Below, piece after piece: positions 26,371 to 40,284 of a stretch of 64,000 nt of DNA. The position numbers and the translations under genes are program-made. Below the pieces are notes generated by a model that saw nothing but the letters and a program-made list of their open reading frames with translations, was not told where the DNA came from and searched no databases. Within the stretch, counting starts at the first letter, position 1; each line of letters opens with the position of its first letter. The stretch comes from Octopus sinensis (taxonomy: Eukaryota): positions 40,796,001 through 40,860,000 of the forward strand of contig NC_042999.1 of NCBI RefSeq assembly GCF_006345805.1, in the 5' to 3' direction.

Positions 26371-26819
26371 TAGGGTAGTGTTGTGCGCTGCGCATGCACT
26401 GATTCCTGTCTCTTCTGCCACTCTCCTTCTAAAGACAGTGGGCATGGCTGGAAGGAAAGAACGGAGGTAAGATTGTTGGTAGATGAAGTGTGTCTATTAA
26501 TTGTGTCCTGGAAGATAGTTAAAGCGTCTCAGCAGCAGAGGTTAGAGTCTGTAATGACGTTATTATTATCACCATACTGTCTGTTGAACCGTGGTAATAT
26601 TAATATTAATGGTGGCGATGGTAATAATAATATTGATGTTGGTGGTGGTGGGGGTGGGGGTGATGGTAATAATGGTAGTGATGGCGATGGTGGTGATAGT
26701 GGTAGCGATGGTGAGAATAACTGCAATACTGACGATGATGGTGCTTAATGGACGTTGTGTTGATGAAGATGGCCTTGTTGTTCTTGGTGTTGTTATTGTT
26801 GTTATTGTTGTTATTGCTA

Positions 26820-27048
26820 AGGCGGTGATGAGCTGGCAGAAAGGTCAGCACGCCGGACAGAATTTTTTGCGGCATTTCTACCGGCTTTTTACGTTCTGAG
26901 TTCAAATGCCGCCGACGTCGGCTTTGGCTGTCGTCCTCTCGAGGTTGATGAAATAAGCACCAGTGGAACATTGGGGTCGAGGTAATCGACTAGTTTTTTT
27001 TTCCTTCTAGACACGCACGCACACGGGCAGACGAGTACAAGCACACGC

Positions 27049-27079
<31 letters not shown>

Positions 27080-27105
27080 ATTCGGGCCTTGCGTTTATAG
27101 GAGGA
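26820..27105 (+). mobile_element. Diverged SINE family B (tail type 2)
   Basis: GGCGGTGATGAGCTGGCAGAA...CTGAGTTCAAATGCC...TTCGGGCCTTG. Confidence 0.75.
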
Positions 27106-28404
27106 AGGATTATTATTATTATTATTATCATTATTATTATTATTATTGTTGTTGTTATTATTATTGTTGTTATTGTTATTATTATTGTTGTTATTATTAT
27201 TGTTGTCATTATTATTGTTATTATTATTGTTATTGTTGTAATTATTATTGTTATTATTATTGTTGTTATTGTTGTTATTATTGTTGTTGTTGTTGTTGTA
27301 GTTGTTGTTAGGCGGTGAGATAACCGAAACCGTTAGCAATGCCGGGCGAATTACTTAGCGCCATTTCGTCCGGCTTTACGATCTTGAGTTCAAATTGCGT
27401 CCGATCTCGATTTTACATTTCGTCCCTTTCAAGAGAGTACGATATGATTTCAAAAAAAAAAAAAAAAAAGATTTGGTCTGCTATATCTAGCAGTTTGAAT
27501 GACCACATAAAGAGCTCTTTCAGATGATGATGTTTGCGGCAATAGCGGTGAAAAATCTAACGTCACTGCCGTTGCCGCTGGACTGGCGCCGCCACCGCCG
27601 CCGCTGCTACTATTGTTGTACACCGCAGATTAGTCATGATCGAGCTGACACTGCAGGGCACCATTTCCCAATCAGGTTTCCCCGAACTGTAGGGTTCCAC
27701 AAGAGGTTGCCAGAAGTTCCGTGAGAAATTGTGATAAATGGACTAATTATATTCAAATGCGTTTTTAGTCAATTTGGTGCTTAATTCTATATTCCTTAAG
27801 GCATATTGCCCTAAGCTAGGGAAATCCTGGCATCGGTAAACCGTAAGATGTCTCACTTCCACCACCAGCACCATCACGAGAAAGATGACCACTTAATAGA
27901 GAAATATAAGGGATATTAGTTTCCAACAATATTTTGGTTTAGGGGATATTTCTTAAATACCTTCTATAACATTTGATGGATTGAGTATAGCCAGACCTGT
28001 CAAAGCTAGTTTTGCTTAAGAGATTTGTTTAAACTCTAATAAGATTTAATAAAAGTGTAAGGAAGGAGATTAATAAAGACATATTTTGTGTGCACAAATA
28101 GATGTGCGACTACTGGTGAAGGAGTTAGAGTTTCAGCAATGTGGTCAGTTTCAGTATTGTGGTTAGCCTATAAGTATAGCGGGTTAGTCTACTGCTGTTA
28201 GTATTCTTACTTATTATAATATACAGAACATCAGTGAGTGGGCTGAATGGGCTGAAATGTTGATAGGCGCTGGGTAGATATGGTGGTTTTATACCTTTCA
28301 CCATAAGAGAGAATTTTCCTCCACGGTAACCGCTGTGAATTTGTCAAAAAAAAAAAATAAGAGAAGAGAAAAGGGAGAAAAAAATGGGAAAAAGGAAGCT
28401 GCAC

Positions 28405-28780
28405 AGGTGTAGGAATGGCTGTGTAGTAAGTAGCTTGCTTACGAACCACATGGTTCTGGGTTCAGTCCCACTGCGTGGCACCTTGGGCGAGTGTCTTCTA
28501 CTATAACCTTGGGCCGACCAAAGCCTTGTGAGTAGATTTCGTAGACGGAAACTGAAAGAATCTCCTCGCATCTATATATGCTTGTGTGTCTGTGTTTGTT
28601 GCCCCATCATTGCTTGACAACCGATGCTGGTGCATTTACGCCCCCTTAACTTACCAGTTCGGTAAAAGATACCGATAAAATAAGTACTAGGCTTACAAAG
28701 AATAAGTCCTGGGGTCGATTTGCTCGACTAAAGGCGGTGCTCCAGTATGACCGCAGTTAAATGACTGAAACAAATAAAGG
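28405..28780 (+). mobile_element. SINE family A; an inverted fragment follows at ~28798-28900
   Basis: Head, body and tail match the other family A copies. Confidence 0.88.
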
Positions 28781-28904
28781 AATATATATACACACACAGG
28801 CTTCTTTAAGTTTCCGTCTGCAAAATCCACTCACGGTCCGAAAGTAGATGACACTTGCCAAAGGTGCCACGCAGTGGGACTGAATCTGGAGCCGTGTTTT
28901 GATA

Positions 28905-30560
28905 GTGTTGCTGGTGGTGGTGGTGATGATGGTGGTGGTGGTGGTGGTGGTGATGGCGGTGGTGGTAGCGGTCGTTGTCGTGGGGGTTGCTGGTGGTGAT
29001 AGAGGAGGTGGTCGTCGTCCTCGTCATTGTGTTGGTAGTGATGGTGGTGGTGGTGGTGGTATTGGTAGTGGTGGGGTGGTAAGTGTGGTGGTGGTAAGGG
29101 TGGAGATAGTGGCAAGGGTGAGTAGGAATGATGGTAGCAATGGTGGTAATGTTGGGGGTGGTGGGGGTGGTGATGACAGGAATGGTAGGGATGGTGGTGG
29201 TGTTAGTGGTAGCGGCGGCGGCGGCGGCGGCGGTGGCGACGGTGGCAGTAGTATTAGTAAAGATAGTAATTGTAGGGAAAATGCTACGGAAGCGAAGACA
29301 GGAGCTAGGAGGGCGATGCTAGCAGTTGTGATGGGCATGGTTGGTACTGATGATGGTGTCGGTTACTGAGAAATCTGATAGCAGCTGGCGATTGCCCACT
29401 GTTATGTTAATAATGTTTGCAATGCAGGGGGTGTCTGCCGTGAAGCTGCTTGTAGTTTTAGTGTCAATGGTAGAGATGCACGGAAAGGTGGTGGTGGGAG
29501 TAGAGGAGGCAGTGGTAGTAGCAGTGATACCGTAAATGGGGGTTTAAATAGGGATGTGTGTGGTGGTGTTTGTAGTGATGATGATGATGATGATTTGGAG
29601 GAGGAGGAGGAGGAGGAGGAAGGTGGGGCCGGTGATAAAGATGCTGGTACTGATCAAGATAACAGTGGTCGTGTTCGTTGTGGTGATCGAGAGGGCGGTG
29701 GTGATGGTGGGGCTGGCAGCAGTGGTGGTGGTGGTGGTGGTGGTGGTGGTGGTGGCAGAAAGGGGGTAGAAGTAGCGGTGATGAGGATGATGATGATGAT
29801 GGTTGTCTCAGTGGTGATGTTGCTGGTAGTGGTGAGATGCTGAGGTTAGAGTGAGCCGTCATGATCCCAGTAGTGGTGACGATGGTTGCGGCGGCAGCGG
29901 CAGCGGTGGCAGGTGTAGATGACAATGATGATGACGATGATGATGATGATGACGATGATGATGATGATGACGATAATGATGACGACGATGAAGATGATGA
30001 TGATGAAGATGAAGCTGATGATGATGACGTCCATGATGATGACAATAATGATGATGATGATGATGATGATAATGATGATTATGACGATGATGATGATGAT
30101 GATGAAGATGATGATGAAGATGATGATGAAGATGATGATGATTATGACGATAATGGCGTTGATGATGATGACGACGACGATGATGATGATGACGATAATG
30201 ACAATGATGATGATAATGATGATGGTGATGGTGATGATGATGACGATGATGATGACGACGACGATGATGACGATGATGACGATAATGACGATAATGACAA
30301 TGATGATGATAATGATGATGGTGATAGTGATGATGATAACGATGAAGATGACGACGACGATGATGACGATGATGACGATGATGACGATAATCACAATGAT
30401 GATGATAATGATGATGGTGCTGATGATGATGATGACGATGATGATGATGATGATGATGATGACGATTCTGACGACGACGATGGTAGTAGTGGTGGTGGTG
30501 GTGGTGGTGGTTATGATAATGATGACGATGACGTTGACGACGGTAAGAATGATGTCAACT
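28905..30560. repeat. Degenerate trinucleotide tract (GGT/GGC/GAG/GAT/GAC)n
   Basis: Open in several frames as poly-G/V/D/M, with no non-repetitive domain. Confidence 0.9.
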
Positions 30561-31029
30561 GGCACGAAGAAAGGGGCTGTGCTGATTCCTAAGATAATGA
30601 GAGTAATGATGAAAATATAAAAATAATATAATATAATATAATAAACATAGAATTAAAAACCGAATTACATTTCAAGAAATATATGGAAAAAAAAACATTA
30701 TTAATAACAAAAATAACTAAAAAAAATCAAACTTCAACGATGACAACAATACGCAACAATAACGACAGACAACAACAATAGCATAAAAGATAGACGAGGC
30801 GAAGTTCAGTACAGCTGTCGGGTTACGTTGTTATGATGGGAACAGCAAGCTGTGAGTTGTGTGCCCAGGGCTTTACAAACATAGTTACATGACACATCAC
30901 CTCTTCTTGGCATACCTTATCTTGAAGCAAAGATGGCCGATGGCGGTCAAACCGCCCAAACCATCCACCACGAATGTTGTGTGCTGTCTTGGACTACATT
31001 GTTCTTCGCTTGATAGGTAGAAAACAGAA

Positions 31030-31131
<102 letters not shown>

Positions 31132-31287
31132 GATAAGTAAAGGAGTGACAGTTAGGCATGCAAACACATGTATACACAGGCACAAACACACACATGTGTG
31201 TATATGTATATATATATGTATGTATGTTAATATGTAGGTAGGTATAGAGACAGACAGATAGACAGACAGGCGCATGGATAGATAAAC

Positions 31288-31339
<52 letters not shown>

Positions 31340-31549
31340 GTAAAGGCGAGACAGTTAGGCATGCAAACACATATATACATACACAGGCACAAACACACAC
31401 ACACAGAGAAACACACACACAGACATGTATGCTTGTGTTATGTATATATCTACATGTGTGTGTATGTATATATATATGTATGTTTATATGTATGTAGGTA
31501 GGTATAGAGATAGACAAATAGATAGACAGACAGACAGGCGGATAGATAG

Positions 31550-31597
<48 letters not shown>

Positions 31598-31689
31598 CGA
31601 TAGATAGATAGATAGATAGATAAAATGATCCAATTTCCTACCCAACCCATATGATCATAAGGCCGGTTTCCCTGATTCTGTCGCTTACA

Positions 31690-32911
31690 TCGTGTTGTCC
31701 ATAAAATAATGCATCTTTTTCAATTGCATGAACTAAAGGTCGGATGGGGACGGGATAAACTCCTTGTATAAACTTGCTTTAAAAGCAGGTAGTAATTTTA
31801 CCTCGTACTTATTCCTGGTGCAAGTTTTGAAGAGTGTAGTTCGATTTTAACAGTTACTTTTTCAAAGCTATAATGGAAGTAACAAAGTAACATATCCGCT
31901 ATATTTTGCTTTATGAGGCAACAACGCAACGGATAATGCGAGGAATATTACTGAAGCATGTGGGGATCGGACAATAAGCGTAAACCAGAGTCAACGCTAG
32001 TTCCAGAAATTTCGAGTGGGAAACTACAGCCTAAAGGACGAGTTTCGTCCTAAAAGATCTGTAGAGCTCGATAAGGACGTCCTGCAAACCCCAGTAGAAC
32101 AAAATCTCATCGTACCTGTTGAGGAACTGGTAAGGAAGTGTGGATTTGGTCATTCAACCATTCATCGATAACTGCGTGCAATCGGAAATGTCAGCAAATC
32201 GGGTCAAGGGGTTCCTCACAAATTTTCCGAGTTTAATCACGCACAGAGAGCGGAAGTGTGCACTTCTTTGCTGCCCCGTCTCACGAATGAACCTTTTTTG
32301 GACCGAATATTGAGTGGTGACGAGAAATGGGTTCTCTATAAAAATGTCAAGCGCCGAATGGAAAAGAGAAACACCGGCACCCCAGGCTAAAGAAGGTTTT
32401 CACCCACGTAAGGCGTTGTTATCTGTTTGGTGGGATATGAAAGGTTTAGTCCACTTTGAACTTTTAAACCCAAACCAAACGATAACAAAGGAGATCTACT
32501 GCGAGAAGCGTGAATGGCTTAAGTTAACACTAGAAGAAAAACGACCATCTTTGGTATCAAAGCGAAAGATGTTCTTCCATTAGGATAATGCTTGGTCACA
32601 TATAGCGAGGATGACATTCCAAAGGTTGTAGCAGTTTGAATGGGAAATGATGCCCCACCCACCATATTCGACGGACATTACCCCATTTGATTATCATTTA
32701 TTCCGCAGTCTGCAAAACCATTTGGACAGAAAAAACCCTGAATTCTGTAGACGAGGTCAGAACAGTGCCGGAGGAGTATTTTTTATCAAAACAAGTGAAT
32801 TTTGGAAGAGGGGCCTTGAAAGACTACCAGATAGATAGAAGAGCATTGTAGACAATGAAGGGGAGTATATTTTTAGATGAAAAACACCGCATTATTTATG
32901 GAATGACCCAA
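31690..32911 (+). mobile_element. Full-length decayed mariner (DD34D-type) transposon
   Basis: Imperfect TIRs TCGTGTTGTCCATAAAATAATGC / GCATTATTTATGGAATGACCCAA followed by TA; ~1.22 kb. Confidence 0.88.
31873..32880 (+). pseudogene. mariner transposase with stops and frameshifts
   Basis: GVPHK, SGDEKW, LSVWWD..G.V.FELL, H*DNA, HPPYSTDITPFDYHLFRSL. Confidence 0.9.
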
Positions 32912-33221
32912 TAAATTCTCTCAATAGACGGGACGCTGGTAGACCGCAAGATTACTCGTTTTTGACAACTGACTGGGTTCGAGCGACATGAAATGAAGTG
33001 TTTTGATGAAGGGCACAATGCAAATCTCGGTCAGGGAATCGAAACTGCAATCATGAGTGCAACAATGTAACTACTAGAACCTTAGTTTATCGTTTTTGAA
33101 ATTTGAATATATTTTACCTCTTTTAATGAAATGGGACAATGACAAGTATAAAAAAAAATTAGCATTTCTGACATCTGTTTCTATTCACTTTCAGTCAAAG
33201 CGGCTTTATACATTTGTACTG

Positions 33222-33580
33222 TAGGGCAGCGGACTCGCGGTCGTAGGATCGCGGTTTCGACTCCCAGACCGGGCGTTGTGAGTGTTTATTGAGCGAAAAA
33301 CACCTAAAGCTCCACGCGGCTCCGGCAGGGATGGTGGTGATCCCTGCTGTACTCTTTCACCACAACTTTCTCTCACTCTTACTTCCAGTTTCTGCTGTAC
33401 CTGTATTTCAAAGGGCCGGCCTTGTCACTCTCTGTGTCACGCTGAATATCCCCGAGAACTACGTTAAGGGTACACGTGTCTGTGGAGTGCTCAGCCACTT
33501 ACACGTTAATTTCACGAGCAGGCTGTTCCGTTGATCGGATCAACCGGAACCCTCGTCGTCGTAACCGACGGAGTGCTTCT
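33222..33580 (+). mobile_element. SINE family C, slightly 5'-truncated
   Basis: Near-identical to 15793-16180. Confidence 0.9.
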
Positions 33581-34048
33581 AAAAAAAAATGCAGAGAAGG
33601 CGCTTTAACTGAAAGAACAGCACAGAATGCAAAGAGTAGAAATTCGACCGTACAAATTCATTACGTGCAGTCTAACCCTTTCAGTTCAACGAAGATCGAT
33701 TGCATGAATTCGTCTACAAGGATCTGCACCAGTCCATAAGGGAACTGGCCCAGCAGATGGAATACTCTTATGATACCGTCCCCTTTCACATTCATTCGAT
33801 GGGATTCAAGTAAATATATATTCTGTTTTATCTTCTGCTTGTTTCAGTCAATAGACTACTGCTATGTCTGTGAAATTTTAATCGAATGAATGTTCCCCAA
33901 GTATTTTCTTTTTAAGTCTGGTACTTATTCCATTGGACCCTTTTGCTCAACAATTAAGATATGCGGACATATGCAAACCGACAGTGGTTGTCAAACGATG
34001 GTGGGGTGCAAACACAGACACAAAGACGCGCACGCGTACATATATATA

Positions 34049-34134
<86 letters not shown>

Positions 34135-34294
34135 GATCCCCACTACAGGTTATAGTGGTTACCAGTCCCTATAGCGAGTAGTAATAAATCTACTACTAAT
34201 ATAGGATGAAGTTTTTATTCTACAGAAAAAAATTCCATCAAAAAATGTGGCAGCATATTAAAATACCTTTACGGTTAAAATTATAAACAACTTA

Positions 34295-34812
34295 TAAGTA
34301 AAGGCTAAAGAAAATTTTGTTGCCACTCTCATTTGCAATACCTCGCTCAAAATTCGTTGGCAGGAACTCCAGGACACACCAACCATATCAACAAATTCGT
34401 CACTTGTTCGGTGACGGTCTTCCAAGATCAGTTCCTGAGTGAGGTTGGTCTTCAAGCGACAAGTGACCATTCATAAAGCATGGAAACCACTCGTAAACTT
34501 GTGTTTTGCTCATAGCAGCGTCCTTGAAAGCTGTTTGAAGCATGGCTACTGTTTCGTTTTCCCCAGTAAAAAACAGAATTTCAGGGAAGCATACTATTCC
34601 TTCGTTTCAGCCATAACAAAAATCCACGAACATGGGAGAATCACTTCAAAACAAAGACTCACCACTTGGCAGTGCGTGCACACAGGACAACGCTAGTCGG
34701 TAGACTGGTGCCTGAAGGTCGCATAAAGTGGTTTCTAGCAGTTGAAGCTTGAACTACGACAGGTTTGTCCCACAGAGAATGTTTCCGCTCACTTTCGGAT
34801 ACCCTTTCGCAT
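34295..34812 (-). pseudogene. mariner-like 5' fragment
   Basis: LILEDRHRT..EFVDMVGVSWSSCQRILSEVLQMRVATKF (second HTH); TIR-like end near 34812. Confidence 0.7.
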
Positions 34813-35309
34813 AAAAGATTTGTTCAAAAGTAAACCTACATAAGTTTTAAATATTCTTACTCTGATTCAACTATGGAACGATAACAACTTAAAAATAAAA
34901 AAAATTCATTAAGAAATATAAGCTATACTTAAAGATTAATTATTAATCATTTCTACAGTATTTATGTATAACGTTCCTTGTTATGAGAAACATTAATAAC
35001 GTTCCTCCTTAACTTCACGTCTCCCGCTATGAAGAAAACTTCAAACTCCCACCGTTATAGCTAATTCGCCATGAATATATCTCAGTAAGTGTTGAAATAC
35101 TGTATGATGGATTAATGTGGCAATATATGTGTCTAGTTTCCCCAGTATATCTCGCCGCTTGTTAATCATTATTTTCTTATATGATTTAACTTATACGGAG
35201 CTATTCAACTATTTATAACTTCTACACGCACACATAGACACATCCATATGCATTCATATGTGTGTGTGTACACTTATATATATGTATGCACGTATGTATA
35301 TATATGTAC

Positions 35310-35378
<69 letters not shown>

Positions 35379-35483
35379 GTGTGTGTGTGTGTGTATATAC
35401 ATATATATATATATAAATATATATATATATGTACGTATGTATGTTTGTGTGTAAGTATATATAAATATATATGTGTGTGTCTC

Positions 35484-35516
<33 letters not shown>

Positions 35517-35667
35517 GTGTGTATGTATATATACATATATGTATGCACATCTATGTGTGTGTGTGTGCATGTGTGCATATGTATGCATGTATTTATATGC
35601 ATACATGTATATGAGTATGTGTCTACGTGCGGTTCTTAATGTCGAACTAATGAGAAAGGAGTGCTCA

Positions 35668-36190
35668 ATACTTTTATTTGTTTCAGTCATTTGACTGTGG
35701 CCATGCTGGAGCACCGCCTGTAGTCAGGCATATCAACCCCACGACTTATTCTTTGTAAGCCTAGTACTTATTCGATCGGTCTCTTTTGCCGGTCTCTTTT
35801 GCGCAGGAGTGGCTGTGTGGTAAGTAGCTTGTTTACCAACCACATGGTTCCGGGTTCAGTCCCACTGCGTGGAACCTTGGGCAAGTGTCTTCTACTATAG
35901 CCTCGGGCCGACCAAAGCCTTGTGAGTGGATTTGGTAGACGGAAACTGAAAGAAGCCCGTCGTATATATGTATATATATGCGTGTGTGTGTTTGTGTGTC
36001 TGCGTTTGTCCCCTAGCATTGCTTGATGACCGATGCTGGTGTGTTTATGTCCCCGTTTCTTAGCGGTTCGGCCAAAGAGACCGATAGAATAAGTACTGGG
36101 CTTACAAAAGAATAAGAGTTGCTCGATTAAAGGCGGTGCTCCAGCATGGCCGCAGTCAAATGACTGAAACAAGTAAAAGAGTATAAGAGT
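35668..36190. mobile_element. Divergent SINE-A pair: 3' fragment (-) abutting a full copy (+, 35801-36190)
   Basis: Direct match to family A. Confidence 0.88.
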
Positions 36191-37339
36191 ACACATACAA
36201 AAATACATACATACATACATACATACATACATACATTAAACAGAAGAGGAAGCGACGAACGGAAAACTTACACATACCATGTACGTACTCTTTCTTCATC
36301 AGCTATCGTTCAAAGAATTGTTACATTTTTCACGCATAAATACCTAAGTACGCACATACATAAATACATTTTCAGACAAAAACCTGGAAACACAAACGCG
36401 CAAATTACACACCCACCTACACAGACATTGACAAAGAATCATGTATTTGGGAGTGTGACTTTGTGTGTGTGTGTGTATGTTTGCGTGTGTGCGTGTGTGT
36501 GTATGTGCACGCTTACGTGTGTGTCGTCTCTCAAGTACGAGTACTGTGTGAGCTGGATTTTCCTCATAATTGCTAGCTGCAATATTGTTAATTTCCAAGC
36601 CTCATGCAAACATACATTCACAGACATACGCGCGCTCGCACTCATATGTACATACATACAACACGCATACATACATACATGCATAAACGCACACATACAA
36701 ATACACGTATGCATTTACATACGTACATGCTTATGTATATTTGTACGTATGAGTGCATGATATATTTGTGCATACATGCGTTTCAAAGGATTAATTTAAT
36801 GAATAATCGAGTAATTTTCGCAGTTAATGGCTGGAACCATGGGAACCATGGTTCTGCAACTACTGTTTCAAAGTGTTTAAAATCCTCAGAAACATTAACA
36901 CTTCTGCCAGAAAACCTGAACAAGCTAAAGAGGGAACCTGTGCCTGGCTACCTGAACGGCTAGAAATAGCAACCAGATATTTCTGAAGCTCACCCTGCTG
37001 TTTCAAATAATGAACATTTTTCGGAAATATAGTCGTGTGTAGTCCTACGATGCAGGATGGTCGTGGCTGGATTGTTTATGATTATACGTTGTCCTAGTTG
37101 TAAACAACATCAACTTTAAGCTTGTAGATGCAGTTTTTAATAAAGTGAAATAAAAACTATTGTATTTTTACAAACATAGAAATTAATGTGCACTGTAACA
37201 TGCACATCAGCACATACATATACATACACACTCGTACATCCATACACACAAAGAGAAGACATACATAATTACATACATACACAAATACATACATACATAC
37301 ATACATACATACATACATACATACATACATACATACACA

Positions 37340-37371
<32 letters not shown>

Positions 37372-37391
37372 AATTTGTACAATAAGATATA

Positions 37392-37695
37392 GTGGAGGCG
37401 CAATGGCCCAGTGGTTAGGGCAGCGAACTCGCGGTCGGAAGATCGCGGTTTCGATTCCCAGACCGGGCGAAAACACCTAAAAGCTGCACGAGGCTCCGGC
37501 AGAGGGGTGGTGGTGATCCCTGTTTTATTCTTTCGCCACAACTTCCTCTCACTCTCTCTTCCTGTTTCTTGAATAACGTTGCGATGGACTGGTGGTAACA
37601 TACACACTCTCGTCCAGCTGGTGGTAACACATACGCCACAGAAACCGGGAAACTGGGCCCATGAACCTGGCTAGGCTTCAAAAGGGTGACGTTTA
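37392..37695 (+). mobile_element. SINE with family C head and an alternative 3' half
   Basis: Same head up to CTTCCTGTTTCT, then TGCGATGGACTGG...CAGAAACCGGGAAAC. Confidence 0.8.
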
Positions 37696-38904
37696 TCGTT
37701 ACTATAAATTATAGATTCAGAGAATCATGTGGCTATCACACAAAGATCTTCGTACGGACTCGGCGAACAGTCCACATAGTAACCCTGTACAGAGCAATTA
37801 CCATGATAGTCTGATGAACTAGCTTTCTTTATTTGAATTGCTTTCTAAATATACAGTTGTATTGTATAATGCCTAGCGTACGCATTAATGCAAAAATATA
37901 AACATAATTTCTTCAATACTAAAGTTAATATTACACGAAGAAGGTTGCGAAATGGCTGTAACCCTGAAGATATTACGTGGTTACATAAATACATATTCTA
38001 CTCTCATATCACCAGACGTTTTTGGTTTACATACACGCATACATATATACAAAAGCATACAAACAAGCATATATATATATATATACGTACGTACGTACGT
38101 ACGTACGTACGTACATACATACATACATACATACATACATACATACATACATACATACATACATACATACATACATACATACATACATACATACATACAT
38201 ACATACATACATGGAACTCACAAAAATGCTCGCACGCACGTACGCAGATAAACATAATGAAAAGAACTTCTATCGCATAGCACAGAATCTGTACAAAGTT
38301 GCCTGCCTGCCTGCCCGTCCGTACATGCCAAAAAAATCTCGAGAAATTAAATCCAGAACGATCTCCTCTTCCTCGGCGAATCAATCTATTTCGAAACCCG
38401 CCTTCTCTCTAATCACCTCGGTCTACTGACATTCCAGAACTCTACTGATCCCACCGATCACTCATTAAAGGAGACCTCAGTGCCACAGTAAACTAAATAC
38501 TACGTGACTGAATACGTAATATACTCCTCAATCACTGCTCGTGAAGCATGATAGCTCTCTAGCTTCTGTGAAGCTAGACGTCTGAGTGAGTGAGTCATTG
38601 GCTAGGAAGTTTTACAATCCCCTACCGATGTGCCACAATTACGATCAAGTAGAATTGATTAGACCCAGATAATATTCTCACTAGTGCCACCACCATGACT
38701 ACAACTACTGATGATGTTGATGACGATGTTATGTCATCCGTCAGTTTTAAAGATGAGCATAGGGTTGTCCGATCAACTAAATTGCTTACCCGTTAAATTA
38801 CTTTCCAAATTATCTAGGCTTTCGTATTGCATGCAGACTCTACCTAACAAGTTTTCATACAGTGCTTGTTGTATGATTCATCTCTAATCGAGCCAACATC
38901 TTTT

Positions 38905-39109
38905 ATACTCTCTTTTACTCTTTTACTTGTTTCAGTTATTTCCCTACGGCCATGCTGGAGCACCGCCTTTAGTCGAGCAAATCGACCCCAGGAATTATTT
39001 TTGTAAGCCTAGTACTTATTCTATCGGTGTCTTTTGCCGAACCGTTAAGTTACGGAGACGGAAACACACCAGCATCTGTTGTCAGGCGATGTTAGGGGGA
39101 CAAACACAG

Positions 39110-39167
<58 letters not shown>

Positions 39168-39325
39168 ATATATACGACGTGTTTCTTGCAGTTTCCGTCT
39201 ACCAAATCCACTCACAAGGCTTTGATCGGCGCGAGGCTATAGTAAAAGACACTTGCCCAAGGTGCCACGCAGTGTGACTGGACCCAGAACAATGTGGTTG
39301 GTTAGCAAGCTACTTACCACACAGC
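38905..39325 (-). mobile_element. SINE family A
   Basis: Reverse-complement match. Confidence 0.9.
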
Positions 39326-40284
39326 TACCATGTTGAACCGTTAATCCCTACACATTTTTTCTCTTGCCCTTATTTTTCTTTCTTTTTTTTTTTTTCGTTA
39401 TCTCCACATTTTTGTCCACCTCAATCCTTTCTGTCGAAGAGCGTAGATTCGAACTGTCAAAGACTTTTGCATTCTTCCCGAGTGTCGAATTAATACACTG
39501 CTTGTAGTTCTCTCACCTGTCTTCGTCTTTTGTTTTCTGTGAATTTGAACTACATATACAATGGACTCTCCCGTGGTTAGACGACGTATGAGTGTTCGAC
39601 TATTTCTTACCGAATAACCACACAGATGATTTTTTTATAGTGATCAAATGTTTGTGTAAATTTAAGCTCACTCTCTCCATCAAATCGACATTACCTGTAC
39701 AGGTGCAACTGGATACGACAAGTCAGATGTTGAAATGATCGCAGAGCAACGTGAAATGAAGAGTCTTGCTCAAGAACACAACGCAACGCCCGGTATGGGA
39801 GTCGAACCCACGATCTCGCAATTGTGAGTGCAGGTCATTCAACTCAACTCAACTCAAGCTAACATAATCTCTCCTTGTCTTTAATCTCAAGACTTTTGAA
39901 CTCTACAATCCTACTATACTACTACACTCTTTTACTACCATCGGAGGATAAATTTATACAAATCTATATACAACCTGAAGAAAGAGGAACAACCCAAAAC
40001 TAAATACTAAACCCAAGACTAGTTCTAAAACTAGTCCCGTGAGTAGAATTCTTTTTTCTTGGTCTGTATCAAACACACCGCTCATCCCGATTGTACTAAT
40101 TAGATTGTACTAATTACACTGAACTCTCACACACACAAGCCACGAATTTCCGAGTATATCGACACAAACTTTTCAACAGTGTGTTCACTATTTTACATCA
40201 AGCCATCAATAACTGGTGTACACATACATACACACGCATACACATACATACATATATATATTACACAACACTACCCCACTGAAT

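Noticed and set aside
29861-30592. 243-aa poly-Asp ORF resembling an acidic biomineralisation protein
   Set aside because: Pure (GAT/GAC)n microsatellite, open in several frames on both strands; a similar tract lies at 14400-14730 and there is no supporting gene structure.
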